49,278 nt of DNA, filler included, from Porpidia crustulata (GCA_964255105.1; 2 parts of 2 records of this genome joined end to end with filler, not necessarily neighbours in it); one strand, 5' to 3'; numbered from the whole stretch's first letter, positions 25,256-38,468 are shown. Numbers and translations are program-made. Notes: a model not told the origin generated them from the sequence alone.

Positions 25256-26775
25256 GTATAAGTATTGTTTAGGATGAAACGCAAAGGCCGATTTATGGCG
25301 GCCGTGGGCTGCTGAAGCTCAGGGAATTCGATGTAATCTACGGGGTTTCTGTTGAGGATTTGCTTTCTAGGCGCGTAATACTATGGGTATGTCGACGATA
25401 ATGATAATACAGTGTTTGGTCACTATAGTTTAGAAGTAGGGATTGGGGTTCCAGGAATGATTCGATTTTTGTGCATCGTCAACATATCCCTATCACAAGA
25501 ATCCTGAACCAACCAACATATCCAAATGCCTCATCAGCATCCACGCTGACCTCTCACCATCTTCCGCCGGCCCTTTTTACTTTACCCCCTCTGCCCCTAA
25601 TTCATCTCTCTCTCCTCTCTCCCTTCCTCTTCGATTTCCCGCGCATCCGCCCCATCAACAGATCACCGTTCACCATAAACCGCGCACGACAAATCCACCA
25701 TGATAATATTATCAAATCTCTAAATTCGAGACTCACAAGGATTTTGCAATCTCGAAAACGGTAAGAGAGAGGGTTTGCGTCATTTGTAGGAACCAAACTA
25801 ACTATCTACGTACGGGTCATCGCATTATCCGCATCGAAAATTCTGAACGTATCGGTTCAGCTGCAGCATATCTTCATCTTTCTTCGAAGCGCAATCGATC
25901 CGAACAATCTGCACGACCCTTTCGCTCCACCGCTCCACCCCCCCCAAGACATCGATTCCTTCGTTCTCGTTCTACCGGCGGTCTGCTTCGTACCTAAGAA
26001 AACGTTAGAAGGATCATCGGTGTCGCTGCCGTTCGTTTGCAGCTATCTACCATGGATGGTCAATGACGTTCATCGTTTTATCGTCTTGAAAAAAAACCCC
26101 GATCGGATATAACCCCCTGTTTTCCTTCCTTTTACGCGCCCGTTTCTGGCCCTCTCTATTGAGGACCCCGGGGGGGTGGAGGGGTGGGGCAGCACGTCAC
26201 GGCTTCGCTCTCTTGATGCTTTTGTGCTTTCTGCACGGGGAAGAGATGAAGTGGCTGCTAACCTTGGAGTGGATACCGGATGGTTTACATGTGCGTGGGT
26301 GATGCGGTTATATGCGTGAACCTCGTCTGTCTGCTGGAGGTTGAGATATCAGGAAACTAGCTGAAAGTACGAAAAAAGTTGCGATTGAAAATATCTCTAT
26401 ATTTGTGACAGGAGACTTTGGAGAGTAGACTTCTTACATAGATGAATTTCTATAGATATTCGTGTTCGGTTCGTAATTTAGGTGCTACCATACACCGGGG
26501 TTGGGGTCCGTGAACGATTGCCTAGCGTAGATCGCTCTTCGCCCATTTCCTCTCGCGTTCTTCAAAAGACAATTGTTCAATCCAGATTATATATCCCTGA
26601 TGCTCTTCAGCTCGACATTGTTCTCAAGAATCGTGATTGCAGCTTCACCCCAAGAGCATCATTGATCTGTATATCCAGACGATCAGATTCCATTCTTGTT
26701 GTTTTACACGACGATCAAAAACCATGGTAGATGAGTCCAAGTTCAATCAGTCTAGGTGCATGTTGTCTTAACCCG

Positions 26776-28596
26776 CTATACATGATCAGATCGGGATATT
26801 GGACATGTCTCAGATTGATTCGTAGAGTCTTTGTTTGTAGAACGAAAGAGGCTCATGATATCCCAATACCCGCGTCGAGACGGTGGTTCACCAGCGGTAG
26901 CTGTCACTGGATCATCTAATTTGTGCACGGAAGATTGAGATAACTCGTTGAAAGGCGCCTTTTCAGAGATAACGTCGAGCTCGCTCTCTTGATGAGAGAG
27001 TTTTCTCGTCTCGTAGTAATCACGCCTTGTTGAGCCAGAACTGTCAATAAGTGACTCAATCCCTGTATGTGCAGTAGGGGTCTGGGTGCCGTAGATTTCT
27101 GAGAACCTTCCGGACTTGAGAAATTCTCCCTCTCTACCCGACTTAGCAAATTCCTGATATGTACAGAAATAGGGCAGTCTAAAAATCGAAGGATTATAGA
27201 AGGAATTTTTCTTACCCTTGGATTGAGCCCAGAATCTCTGTCTCAACTTGGAGCTTCTGCGATGATATCTTCTTCAACGCAGAAGTTCTGACATCATGTG
27301 GCTGATTTTTCTGATGTCTTTTCGATCTACTCCTGTGATTGGAGCGTAAGTGGCGGGTAATACGGGAGAACTCAGGAGAATAACGGCGGAAGAATGCCGG
27401 AAGATGCGGTGCTGAGCCGCAGATGACACCAACCGTTGCTTCTACGACACTTGGATCAAATGTATTAGCTTTGGACGATACTTTATAAATTCAATCGTCC
27501 AAAGGATATGGAAAAGCTGAAATCTCTTACGCTAACCCGGCGGCCGGAGCGTCATTCCAAGTCGTATCCGAGCTATTCGACTCGAGAACACGAAAGTACA
27601 GACCAACCGAGCTAGCGGCAATAGCACTAGAGATTTCCGTTATTATATGCTGTTGTGCAGAGTCGTCGATTCCCTCCCTGAATCACTAAGATTAGGGGAT
27701 AAAAGTCCTTACATCAAACCTGTAAGAAACACCGCAGTGATTCCTAACTTCTTCTTGAGCGACATCTGTAGCCTGAATAGAACTGGAAGTGGCAGAATGA
27801 AGATATAGAGATCCGATACCAAGCCAAAGATGCCCTGAATGTCGCCCATCGCTACTGAATGGTGACATCGTGTTGCGAATGTCATTGATGTCCAGCTCTC
27901 ACTTCGCCTAGGAACGCAAAGGACGATAATGCCAATGCACGAAGCGAGATAGAAGAGTCCATTGAGAGTTATACCGAGATAGATAGCGATTCTTGTGCGG
28001 CGACTGAGAGCAAATATCCGGTGGTAGAAAAGGAACAGGGCTAGCTTTGCAAAGAACATAACAAGAGAGTAGAGGATTACCCCTGATCCTACCATAAGCA
28101 CCTTTAACGGCTTCCAGTCAGACAAATCTCCTCAGTCACTAAAAGAACTAACCTTCGCTACATGGGGTGTAAGCAACATGGCTCGTACGTCCCACTGATG
28201 CCGCCCAAAAATCTTGTCATTTATGGACCATATCAAGGCCGCCGCGAAAGCTGTTGCGCCTACCTGGCGAAGTCAAAATTGCTTCTGGCAATGATTCAGA
28301 GGACATGGTATATACTGCAGCAAACATGGCGGAGGCTATGCTAATATGTAAGTAAGATCATGGCCAGTAGAATTCCAGACTCTTACCATCATCCCACCAA
28401 AATTTACGAATGACCCACAATTTGGTATAAAGCCTCAATATAAATAATGGCCACATGATGCCTATGAACACGCAACAGAGGAGATAATAATGGCGGGCCC
28501 TCGTGTTTCGGGGTCAGTAAAGTTTGACGTTTGCCCAGCCGGAGGAGCTTGAAGAGGATAATTTTCGAAAGCAGCTATTTCTGCTGGGGAAGTCAT
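26776..28596 (-). pseudogene. Second Pth11-like rhodopsin-domain membrane protein with a frameshift in exon 1
   Basis: APPAGQTSNFTDP, RLYTKLW..WWDD, GRHQWD, KLALFLFYHRIF, DLYIFILPLP and EATVGVICGS motifs. The frame breaks at ~28478-28486. Confidence 0.75.
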
Positions 28597-31434
28597 TTCT
28601 TCTGTTCTGAAAAGAGTTTTTGATGATTTTTGCGAGGGGTTGAATAATTTCCAAAGCAGAGTGAAATCGCAAGCTCTTAAAGAGCATTTCAAGTATTATT
28701 GTGAGCAACTTCAGACGACAGTTGACGAATGCAATATCAGCATCCTGCACGCCTCGTGTGGTCTTACGACTTCTGTTGTACTAATACTAAAGCTTCATTG
28801 ATTTACGGTTCAGCCTCCAATCGCAAACCTTTGGGCAGCAGGCAGTGAGCCTATTGCAACCTTGAACCTGTTACATCGGCCTGCGGGGGACGTCGTCAAT
28901 GCAAAATTGAAACTTCATTTGCGAGTTTCTCCCGGTTTGTGCGACTCATTATTGGAGGTGCCGCGTGAGACTATTCAATTGAAGCATGCACCAAGTTTAG
29001 CGAAGGCGCAGCAATCTGTAGTCTGACTCGCGGATGAAAGAAAAAATGGAATTGGGTTCGCTCTTCATTGCTGCAGAAAAGCCCCTCCATTTTTTTACGA
29101 CCGCGAGTCTGAGTCTGAATAAGACCTAGCTTGAGTCAGTGAGACGGATGACACAATTTCATACGCATTCCCGCGAGCATCAATTCTTTGGAAATAGAAA
29201 TATTGTACTACTTACTAGTAAGTCCAGAGAGGGAGCAGAAGCTATTTTCTGACGATACGTCGATGATTGGCGCTGTTCAGCTCTGTCGCGGACCCAGCAA
29301 GTCGAAAGGAGTAGGTATGCTTCTCACATCCAATCGTCACACAGTCACTCAGATGAAAGGCCAATGATCAATGACGAACCTCTACTAATTGGCGACTATT
29401 GTGATACTCGACGTAGCAACCACCAGAACCGTGCCGTGTCAGTGGTGAGTAGACTACCTGGGCGCAAAGACAAGACGGTGATGAGTGAAACTGAGCTTTA
29501 CAGGGTGCATCCCCACTAGTTGGTGCTCCAGCTAGCTTCATTTTTTTGCCTTCTTCTCCCTTCCTTGTAAAGTGCATGGAATAGCAGTAAGACGATGCTT
29601 GACCGAGCCTGTTGATGCGAGTGAAAGGCACGAAGTCTTGGCTTGTCAGAAGTGTCTGAAGTACGACTATCGACAGTAGCGTTCCGGCCCATGAGTGGGA
29701 TGTGGGGTTCCTGAGCAGTTTGTGCATTGCTGTCAAAATGGATCATGCAACTTTGACAACTACCGTGAGCTCAAGCGGCGTGACAGTGACGAACGATGGC
29801 GGTGCATGCCATGCAATATGTGGAAGCTGCCCGAATGCTTGCGTTCAAAGATCGACATTGGCTCGGATGATAGAATAAAGTACCTCTAGGGCTTCGTCGC
29901 TAGAGCACGCGCCGTGCCGATACTACTCTAGCGCCGTCGCCTGATTAGCACTTACCTTATCTTAGGTACTTAGTGGAATTTTAACTCTATCAGTTGTGAA
30001 GCACATGTGTCCAAGTGGCAATACACGCATTGAAATGTCAGCTCCAAAAGCCCGTTTCAGGAGTTCTGTTTACGCTAAAGTATGGCTACTCTGATACGGT
30101 CGCTTGAAATGTTACCGATTCAATATGTCAATACGCGCTCACCACCGCTTCAATACAAGAAGTAATTAAACAGCGCAAGATGGATACCTGTATCCAACCC
30201 CACCGAAACATTATGACAGACGACTCTCAGATTCTTCTTTATAATCTATTCTCTTATTGCCGCCCACATTGAGCTCAACCTTGAACTTGGTTCAAAAGAT
30301 TCTACCTCCCCTAAATTTAATGATCTAGATACCAAGCATGTACTTCGAGACTGGACTGGGAAGCTTTCGTCACCTTCAGCAAGCATTGCTTGTTGCATTC
30401 CTTAGTTTACTAATCATTTTTGTGGTTGAGCTCTACAATACTCGCGCCAGATACGTTAAATTAAACCAAGATTTAATGAGTATTTAGCCCTAGACTTCAA
30501 CATACGATTCAAAGATTGGACCGTACACTTAGAAGCGTAATCGATGTGACTGTACTATTCAGTCTTTGATCATCTACTTCTGACCAACAACGTCCTCTCC
30601 AAACTATCTCCATACATATGTTACTCATACCTGGCCGGCCTGATAAGACGAGCTCTCCCTGATGTCGATCATGTCTTCTGTCTCGGCATGTGGCCATTCA
30701 ATCGTCCTATCCTTGTTGTATCTTCACTCTGCGTAGCACATCATTTCATCCAAAAGCGTCCGCTGCGCAAATCGCTAGAAGTTCACAGCTGGATAAAGCC
30801 ATTGTCTAATAAACAAAATTTAGTGAATTTATAATGCCATAGATAGAAAAATTAGTGTAATGTCCACAATCTAGGATTCAGCGGAAGACATTTCATTCTC
30901 ATATCCCTAGTATCTCAAATAGCGAAAGAAGTCTGAGTATTCTGCGATATCAGGAAAGGACGAGCGCAATCAGGAGCTATTATTCCACTGGAAGACGCCA
31001 CCGTGAATTTGACAATGGATATAATCGGATAGGTTGTATTGTTATTTTATACTTAATTGTTGTATTCAATTTCTAATGGTATAGAGATATCCCTTTTGAC
31101 GCTCAGGTAAAGTATGGGCTTCAGCGACCGGCAGCATTGTTGAGGGTCAAGTCGAAGACGAAGCGATATGTAGACGGATCGCTCGCCCGCAAGCGTCTTG
31201 AAGAGGGATAACTTTGGGGCCAAGAACAAACCATCTTGTGACTTGATGAGCGCATGGCGGTGCGCTCCGCCAAAGTGTTCTCGAACCTCGCGCCTGAAGC
31301 TCTGTAAAACTGCACGGCCGCCCCGCTGTTATCCGGCATATGCCGAGAATTCTCCGCCGCTACGAGAGACTTTCCGCGCCGGAGATCTGTCGCTTCCACT
31401 CCCCGTACAGACTTGCTAATTCCGTACACTCCTA

Positions 31435-31704
31435 ATGGCTGAAGCAGTTGGACTAGCTCTGACCGTAGCCGCTTACAAGACGAGCAAATCCTTACACGAA
31501 GCTGTGTCCATCTTCAAAAGTCAGCGGAAACCCATCAAAGATATTCAGGCTGACCTGAAGTTTCTTATTACCGTGCTCGAAAACCCCAGGAACTTACTCA
31601 AAGTTCATCCGACATCAAGAAACTGTTTGAGAAGTTGTGACTGGGTCTTATATCTTGCTGAGCTTCCCATACTCCTCTTTACGAAGACCAACCCAGCCCG
31701 TTAA
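31435..31704 (+). pseudogene. Truncated fragment of a fungal STAND-type N-terminal domain gene
   Basis: MAEAVGLA..AAYKTSKSLHEAVSIFKSQRKPIKDIQADLKFLITVLE resembles this N-terminal family. The similarity ends after about 50 aa. Confidence 0.5.
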
Positions 31705-31903
31705 GGTAATAGACTAACTGATCTGATACTAGACATTAGTTTAATCCAATGTCCATAAAAAACGACGAAAGTACGGGAATTATGTTTTAGACCGGCTAAG
31801 CTTTAGACTCCTTCATTCGGACGGTGAGATAAATAGACTTTGTTATGATTAGCCTTGCAGATGCTTTAGAAATTCCTCGATCATCCGTTAATCCTACCAA
31901 GCC

Positions 31904-33200
31904 ATGACGGGAATAGAAGTTCCAGCTTTCGTTGTCAGTCTCAGCAGCCTTGCGGCGGTATTTGATAAGGCTTGCGTCTTATGGCATACGATCGCGCAAG
32001 CCCGAGAGTACGGTGAGAATGTGGCACAATCGAGGTCGAAGATTGAGATTAAGTTTCTCAGATTCCAAGCCTGATCGACAGTCATGGAGACTATTGCTGC
32101 GGGTCCAAACATTCAAGCCAGAAACACTCCGTCCCTACTACATTCCACAATGATTGTACAGTTGCAAACTAACGTGAAGAATCTTTAAGTCGTAGCAGCT
32201 AGCGTAACTGCCTTGCTCGACGAGCTTGAAAAGATCCTTGTAAAAAATGGGGTACTGGAGATTGCAGACTAAGGATAACCCAGCTCCGGCAGCCGTTGTT
32301 TCCACCCATTCCGGGACGAAGCTTGCTGGCAAGGCCGATGATTATCGAACGCAGCAGAAGAGATCCACCAAAGATTTTCTGAAAACTACGTTTTGGTTTG
32401 CCTGTATGAAATACGATGCTGCTCGTTAAAAGTGAGCAACCGAGAAAGCCTAGATCCAATGTGTGCACGGCGACTTCAAATGTTAGATCGATAACCTCTA
32501 CAAAATTCTCCTCACAATATTCGTGAAAGTGTCCTTCAGCAGAATATCGCGAGATATACTTTCGAAAAGAAAGAAGATGCTTTTAGTTTGTCAAAGAGCA
32601 AACCAAATAGGCAATTTTACAGCGTTGTGGTGTTCGAATATGCCAGGTTGCTTGAATTTAGACGTGAGACAAGACTCGCAAGTCCAAACAACTCAGATTT
32701 AATGGAGAATATTTCTATAGATTGAGATTGTTATCTTCGCAAATGCAAGTTGTGCCGACTGATTATAATGTCAAAAAGCTTCTCTCTAACCTTGTTAATA
32801 TAGACCGGCGAACTCGTGAATTTTTGCTCTTCATTTGTTATATGTTTGCTTATGATTGAGGGGCAGTACTGGATATCAAAATCCTCGTAGAATGGTACGC
32901 TTACCTCCCGTCGAAAGGGGAATTGGATACTTGGAAATCCAAGGAGTAGCGGATTGCAAGACTTTTCATCTTTTGAAGGAAGCAAATCGGTCAAAACCCC
33001 TGCATGACTTTGAAAGTATTGGCTTTGTGGATCAATCTGGCGCTCATGGCTTCAGGATAGTCTCAAGACTTCCTAGGTGGTCTTCTGACTCCGTTCAACT
33101 TGTGACTTTGCACCAGCGCCTTTCCCGAGATCAACCGAGCCCTCTTCCAAGCCTCGAGAAGCGGTACGAGCTCGCAGCAGTGCTTGCCAAATGGAAATTA
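31904..33200 (+). pseudogene. Degraded HeLo-like domain + kinase-like gene
   Basis: MTGIEVPAFVVSLSSLAAVFDKAC..KIEIKFLRFQA* has TGA at 32072, where W is expected. More stops lie at ~32427-32470. The downstream segment IGFVDQ..VTLHQRL..PSLEKRYELAAVLA is typical of fungal HeLo-kinase proteins. Confidence 0.65.
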
Positions 33201-34092
33201 TTTGAAGCGAAGGAAGGACAAAACAACGAGCGCCTCCGATCTTCTCATCTTGAGGCAATTGACTAAACAGTCCGTACATCCCCACTACATCTCCGTGCGC
33301 ATGTTTTGGCGATGAGCTGCTCCTTACCGCGGATACGTTCAATGAGCGCATCGATATGGATCCACTCTCGGCCAAGAATCTGGGACAAAGGCTCCATATG
33401 CCAAGTGATTGAATGCAGGCAATGGCGAGGTTACTGACGAGCACTAACACGGAAGTGACAAGACGTTCATCCTTTGGATCCCAGACAGTCAATGTCGATT
33501 TGCTAGATTGGCTGGTTGGGATGCAAGTCTCTGTGTTGCAGCTCTTATAGAGTCACTTAGTGTATGTGTATATCCAATACCACAACATAGCTCCTCGCGA
33601 TTTGAGAGGCTGATCCGACGAGAAGGTAGTTCAGGATGCGATTTTCTGGCTCAAGAAAATGTAAGCTTTCTAGGCTCCGATCTAATCGTACACGAATCGG
33701 GTATCGGTGCTATTCGTTCGAAAAAGCTGGTGATTCACATCACCGGAATTGGTCGGGGCCGTTAATCTTGTAATCCTCATTAGCCTCTGATGATTTGAAA
33801 AAAAAAAAACATACTCGTATACGTCAAGATCTCTCAACGGGCACGCTAAAATACCCCGTTCCAAGATTTAAACTCCGCACTTCTCGGAGCTCCTCGTAGA
33901 TTTCCTAATTGGCCTTTAATGGTTCAGAATGAAGCGTGCTCATACATGTCAGCATTTCTCAGTAGGTACGCTCGAGGATCTCGCTCAAGCATTTAAACTC
34001 CCTTCCTCCCGGAGCTTCTAGAGAACTCTTTAATTATTCGAATTATAATCATTTATCGCAACCCAGCAATAGCATACTTTATCGACATCAAG

Positions 34093-34741
34093 ATGAAACT
34101 AGCATGTTTTTCGATCGCTGGTATCCTACTTCCGGTAGTTACGTCAATCCCAGTTCTGAATGTGGACGTCCACATCACCGACGATAGTCATGTTAGCAAT
34201 TCTCCGGTAAGATCTCGTGTATCTATCATCTTCAAGTGTTAAGAAGAATAGGCTACGTCGCCCCACCTCCAGCATGTTCTCAATCCGACGCTGGATACAT
34301 CTCTAGCAACCATAGTAAATCTGCCGTGATCTTATGGCAATCACTTAGGCTAACAGTATTGATCTGACAAAGTCCGAAACTGTACCTGGATGGGCTTTCA
34401 TTAATGGAGACAGAATACAGGCACGCGTCCACAGTAATTCTTTCTGGAATATCAAGGGGAAACTTGACGAGAGATTCCCAATCGACGAGATCCTATCTGA
34501 TCCTCTTATTTTTACCTTGAACGTCCCGGACGACTTTGCGGGTAAATTTAATGGAACAATGGAAAGGGGTCAAATCTCTCTATTGTGGGAGAAGTCGGGT
34601 GCTACTATCACTGGCAGAAGTGGTGTTGGTGATTTCGTAGTCAAGGGAGAGTCTATGTGGACTACTCTCCATGAAATATTGATTCTTCCGAGGCAATTTG
34701 CTCTGGGCGAGGAAAATGACGATATACTCATCGATAAGTAA
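34093..34741 (+). CDS. Small secreted protein, 3 exons
   Basis: Signal-peptide-like MKLACFSIAGILLPVVTSIP. Introns 34207-34251 and 34315-34372 give an open frame into ORF 34517-34741. Confidence 0.7.
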
Positions 34742-35375
34742 AGTGCTTAGGCGAAGCTATGGTAGATAACCCCCATTAAGGATAGAAAGTCTGGGTTAAA
34801 TAGCAAATATATTCACTTTGGTAGACTGGTTCGGATCGTTCGTATATACGTAGTATTCTAGAGGATAATAATGACAAGCCAGTCCCTACCCACCCAGTTT
34901 CCCTACTCACCCGGGCCGTAAGCAGGGAAAGCCAGAGGGTGAAAAAAGCCACAGGGAAAAGGGAACCCACAGGGTGAAGGGAAGCCGTAGGGTAGAGAAA
35001 GCCGTAGCGGGAAACAAAGCCGTAGGAGCAACAGAAATTTTAGGGAAGAGGATTCTGTGGGGAAGAAGACTCTGCGGGGAATTTAGGCAGATGAGACGTT
35101 GGAGATCTCGGTGCGTAAGTGGTGCTGGGGCCGAATAGCCCTACACCCTCAAAGGCCCTTGGTAACGAAGAGGGCGTAGGGCTAGAGAGTCCCTAGCCCC
35201 CTTAATAATAGCGGGAAATGAACATTGAAAGTAAACGTCTATACAACCGGTAAGAGGAAAAGAAGCTACTCGAAAGTTGACGTTCGGAGATCAACATTAG
35301 CTCGGATGGGAATTCAGCACTGATAAGATAATAGTGGAGTACTTTAGGGCTTGGATCCGATACAACGCTAGTGTA

Positions 35376-35698
35376 CTATGGTATCCGGGGTATCAATTGT
35401 TAGTACGCTCGGTTAGCCCCCCTGCTAGCGTCTGATTTTCAATGCCAGAATACTCGGCCCCCTAATTCAGCAAATTTTCACCTGTTTGATCAACTACTCA
35501 ATTATCTGCTCAAGCACCTACTCAAGCATCTGCTCAAGCATCTGCTCAAGCACAGACGAGCTGACTAACATCATGCATGCTCGTTTTTAGGCCGGGACAA
35601 TATACTAAATTTTAGGGTAGATATACTGGCCACAAACGATGTCAAATTAGGTATAGCCAAATGCCACGTACAAACAACTGATACCCCGGATACCATAG
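35376..35698. mobile_element. MITE, Tc1/mariner-type (323 bp)
   Basis: 32-bp TIRs CTATGGTATCCGGGGTATCA(A/G)TTGTT(A/T)GTACG with 30/32 match. TA on both sides (35374-35375 and 35699-35700). No ORF. Confidence 0.88.
35494..35553. repeat. 12-bp tandem repeat, about 5 copies, inside the MITE
   Basis: ctactcaattat ctgctcaagcac ctactcaagcat ctgctcaagcat ctgctcaagcac. Confidence 0.85.
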
Positions 35699-36039
35699 TA
35701 GCACTCTTGGCACGGAAGGAGCCGTGACACTAACCACACTTTGCTCCACTGTCACTTCCCATCATGTACAATCAGATTGACTCATAATTCAACATCTCAA
35801 AGTGTGTTGAAAGAATTAAATCCCAAGGCAGATAAGTGCCTATCAATAGCTTGGTCGGTCATCATCAAATGTAACCAGGTGAGGCATAACACAATTTGCT
35901 TTGTTGGTGGGGCTTGGCCCGACACTTTGCCCAATGCGCTCAGTTTATCCCTCAGCCAATCCGTCTCTTCACTTAACATCTGGTCGAACTACAATACGGG
36001 ACCAATCTCCAATGCAGCTGAACGGCCTTCCACCACAAA

Positions 36040-37166
36040 ATGCCTGTAAAGAGAAAGAGAGACAAGGTTCCAAAAAGTCGTCACCATCCTTCACAGTCAT
36101 CTGTCGACGTGCCACTGCTAATCAAAAAGGACGTCAGAAGAGTACAAAACAACAGATGCTGGCTGTGTGATTGTAAAGCGCACAAAAAGTCGCGACCCTT
36201 GGAAATCTGCCACATCTACCCGCAAGCAACATCGAGGCGTTATCATGTAAGGTTAACGTTCTACCCCCTCCGACATGGCGGCTTACAAAACCGTAGTTCG
36301 TGACACATCATCAACTTGGCCGCATACAAGTTCATAATATCCATGATGGAGGCAATCTAGTCGCCCTATGCTCGATTTGTCACTTCGCCTTTGACAACGA
36401 TGAATGGACGTTTATCCCCGAAGATACTAAGAATTGGATAGAAAGAATTGAAGCGGCTCCTCAGATAATCCGGGAGTACAATTCTCAACGAAGTATTGTG
36501 TTCCGGCGTTTGTTGCTTGCTCCCGACCCCGATTCCAAGGCTTTTCAAGACACTCACTACAAGTCAGCCTTCACCGACAATCCCACAAAGACATGGCCCG
36601 GTGAGCCCGGGGTAGTCATCGTGCGCCCTCCAACTGCTCCTCCTCCACGACCTACCGCAGAGCTCCGAGATACTTTAAACAACTTTGGAGCGCTACAACA
36701 GATTTGGCTCGCCTACGAAAGGCCATGTTCCGATGAAAACTGTCCCATTTGTCAAAGTAAGAGTAAATGGGAGCAAGGAATAGAAGATGATAAGGACGAT
36801 AAAGATGATGAAGGTAGTGAAGAAGATGAGGATGAGGATGATAACGGGGATGAAGAAGACAGTGAAGAGGACAACGAAGGTAATGAGGATATCAGCAGTA
36901 GTAGGAAGAGCAGGAAAAGGACATCCAAGAACCAGCCGGATAGCACTGATCAACAATCTCCTCTTCAGGACGTCGACGTCAAGAAGTCAACTCAAGCCAG
37001 CAAGCGCCGCAAAACTTTGAAGAATACGGAGAGAGACTGGATGACTTCGGCTCCTTACGACGAGTCGGTTCCATACAGCCACCGTTATGGTTACACTTGG
37101 GCAGGCACAACGTCGAACGATTTAATGAAGTTGTGGCAGGTGTACCGGAAAGTAGAGGATGACTAG
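36040..37166 (+). CDS. HNH endonuclease-domain protein (HNH_2-like) with an acidic tract, 2 exons
   Basis: CWLC..LEICHIYP in exon 1, an intron at ~36247-36296, and NLVALCSICHFAFD in exon 2. A D/E-rich stretch and basic NLS-like clusters follow. Confidence 0.85.
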
Positions 37167-38341
37167 TCGGCCACACCGAAAGGCTTTAATGCGCAAGAAC
37201 ATGCATTTGCATACTTGCAAATCTTCACTTCGCCGTTAGTACTAGACCTGAATATAATTTGGCCGTTAGCGCATGGTGGACCTGCTCCGCCTCTCACAAC
37301 TTTCACCTAATTTGAATTTCGACGGACCCCACTGGCAGATCTTGGTGATACTAACATGAACTCTCATCTCGCCAGTTCCCTCGAGGCATATAATCTCACC
37401 GAAGAATGACTAAAAGGATTTTTGCGCAGTGAGTCTCCCTAAGGGATTAGGCGTAAATTAGCTGGTCTAAACCATGCCCCATAGATGTGCGCTAGGTTCG
37501 GGCTTTGGACCTTATCAAGCTTCTACTCCCAAAAAAGAATAACTCATGTTTTAGTGCCCCCCTGGGTAAGGACGATCAATCTATGTGGCGAATGACTGGT
37601 ATGAGGTTATGATTTTAATGGTGATCCGATGAATAACTTTCCAAATTTCAGTGATAAGCTAACTCATGCCATCCGCGAAGAACAGGAAAGCATTCGTATT
37701 AAATCCTTATCACTTGCTACGCTGGGCCGCTAGCCTCCCCCCTTTCCCCTTGCTTGGGGGTTGGCTAGGTGCTAAGGTTGATTATATTCTATTGGGACAT
37801 GGACAGCTTGATATGGCTTGAGACAAGGCTGAGTGCGGTAAAATACTACGTACACGTACATGTTTAAGAATATAGATTGATTACAGCTCAAAAATCTTTA
37901 CACATTCGGTGCGGGGTTTAGTAGACATTCAAATTAGAGAGACGCTTTAACCGAAAACTCATTCTTTAAAAATTAATGTCATTGGTGAAGTCGGAAACTG
38001 CCTCATCGGACCACCACCATTACAGTCGTAACCTCGAAGGAGCAGAAACGAGTTGGGGGGGGAGTAGAGAGCGAGCAAGTGGTAGCTGGGGTGCGCGAGC
38101 ACGGAGGATCACTTATTGCTGAGTTTTAAATATTACTATATATATAGTAGTATCTTCGAGTTCCAAACATATGACACCGCCGGCCAAGGCCCATTTCGTG
38201 CTTTTGCCTCCCCCTCTGCTCTCATATGCTCCCCCGTGCTTCCGGATGCTTCCTCGATGCTCCCCCTGAAAGAAGCCTTGCTCCCTTTCCTCGATTAACA
38301 AAAAAAAGCAAAAGACAACCTGATTTCGGGGTACATATGTA

Positions 38342-38468
38342 ATCGTGTACACCCCTCAATCGAATACACCCCTCGACCAAACAGCATGCCTAAGGTTAGG
38401 GTTATTTCTACTAGTGTGAACCTAGTTGTTCCATTGAGGGGTGTGTTCCGTTGAGGGGTGAACACGAG
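38342..38468. mobile_element. Short MITE-like element with imperfect TIRs (pogo/Fot1-like architecture)
   Basis: Imperfect inverted repeats of about 44 bp, each holding two CACCCCTC units. TA at 38340-38341 and 38469-38470. Confidence 0.7.

Noticed and set aside
25975..25995. Histone H3-like TKQTA on the minus strand
   Set aside because: Nothing resembling RKSTGGKAPRKQL or a histone fold follows, so this is likely chance.
35494..35553. CRISPR-like array
   Set aside because: It is a contiguous 12-bp tandem repeat without spacers, in a eukaryotic MITE.
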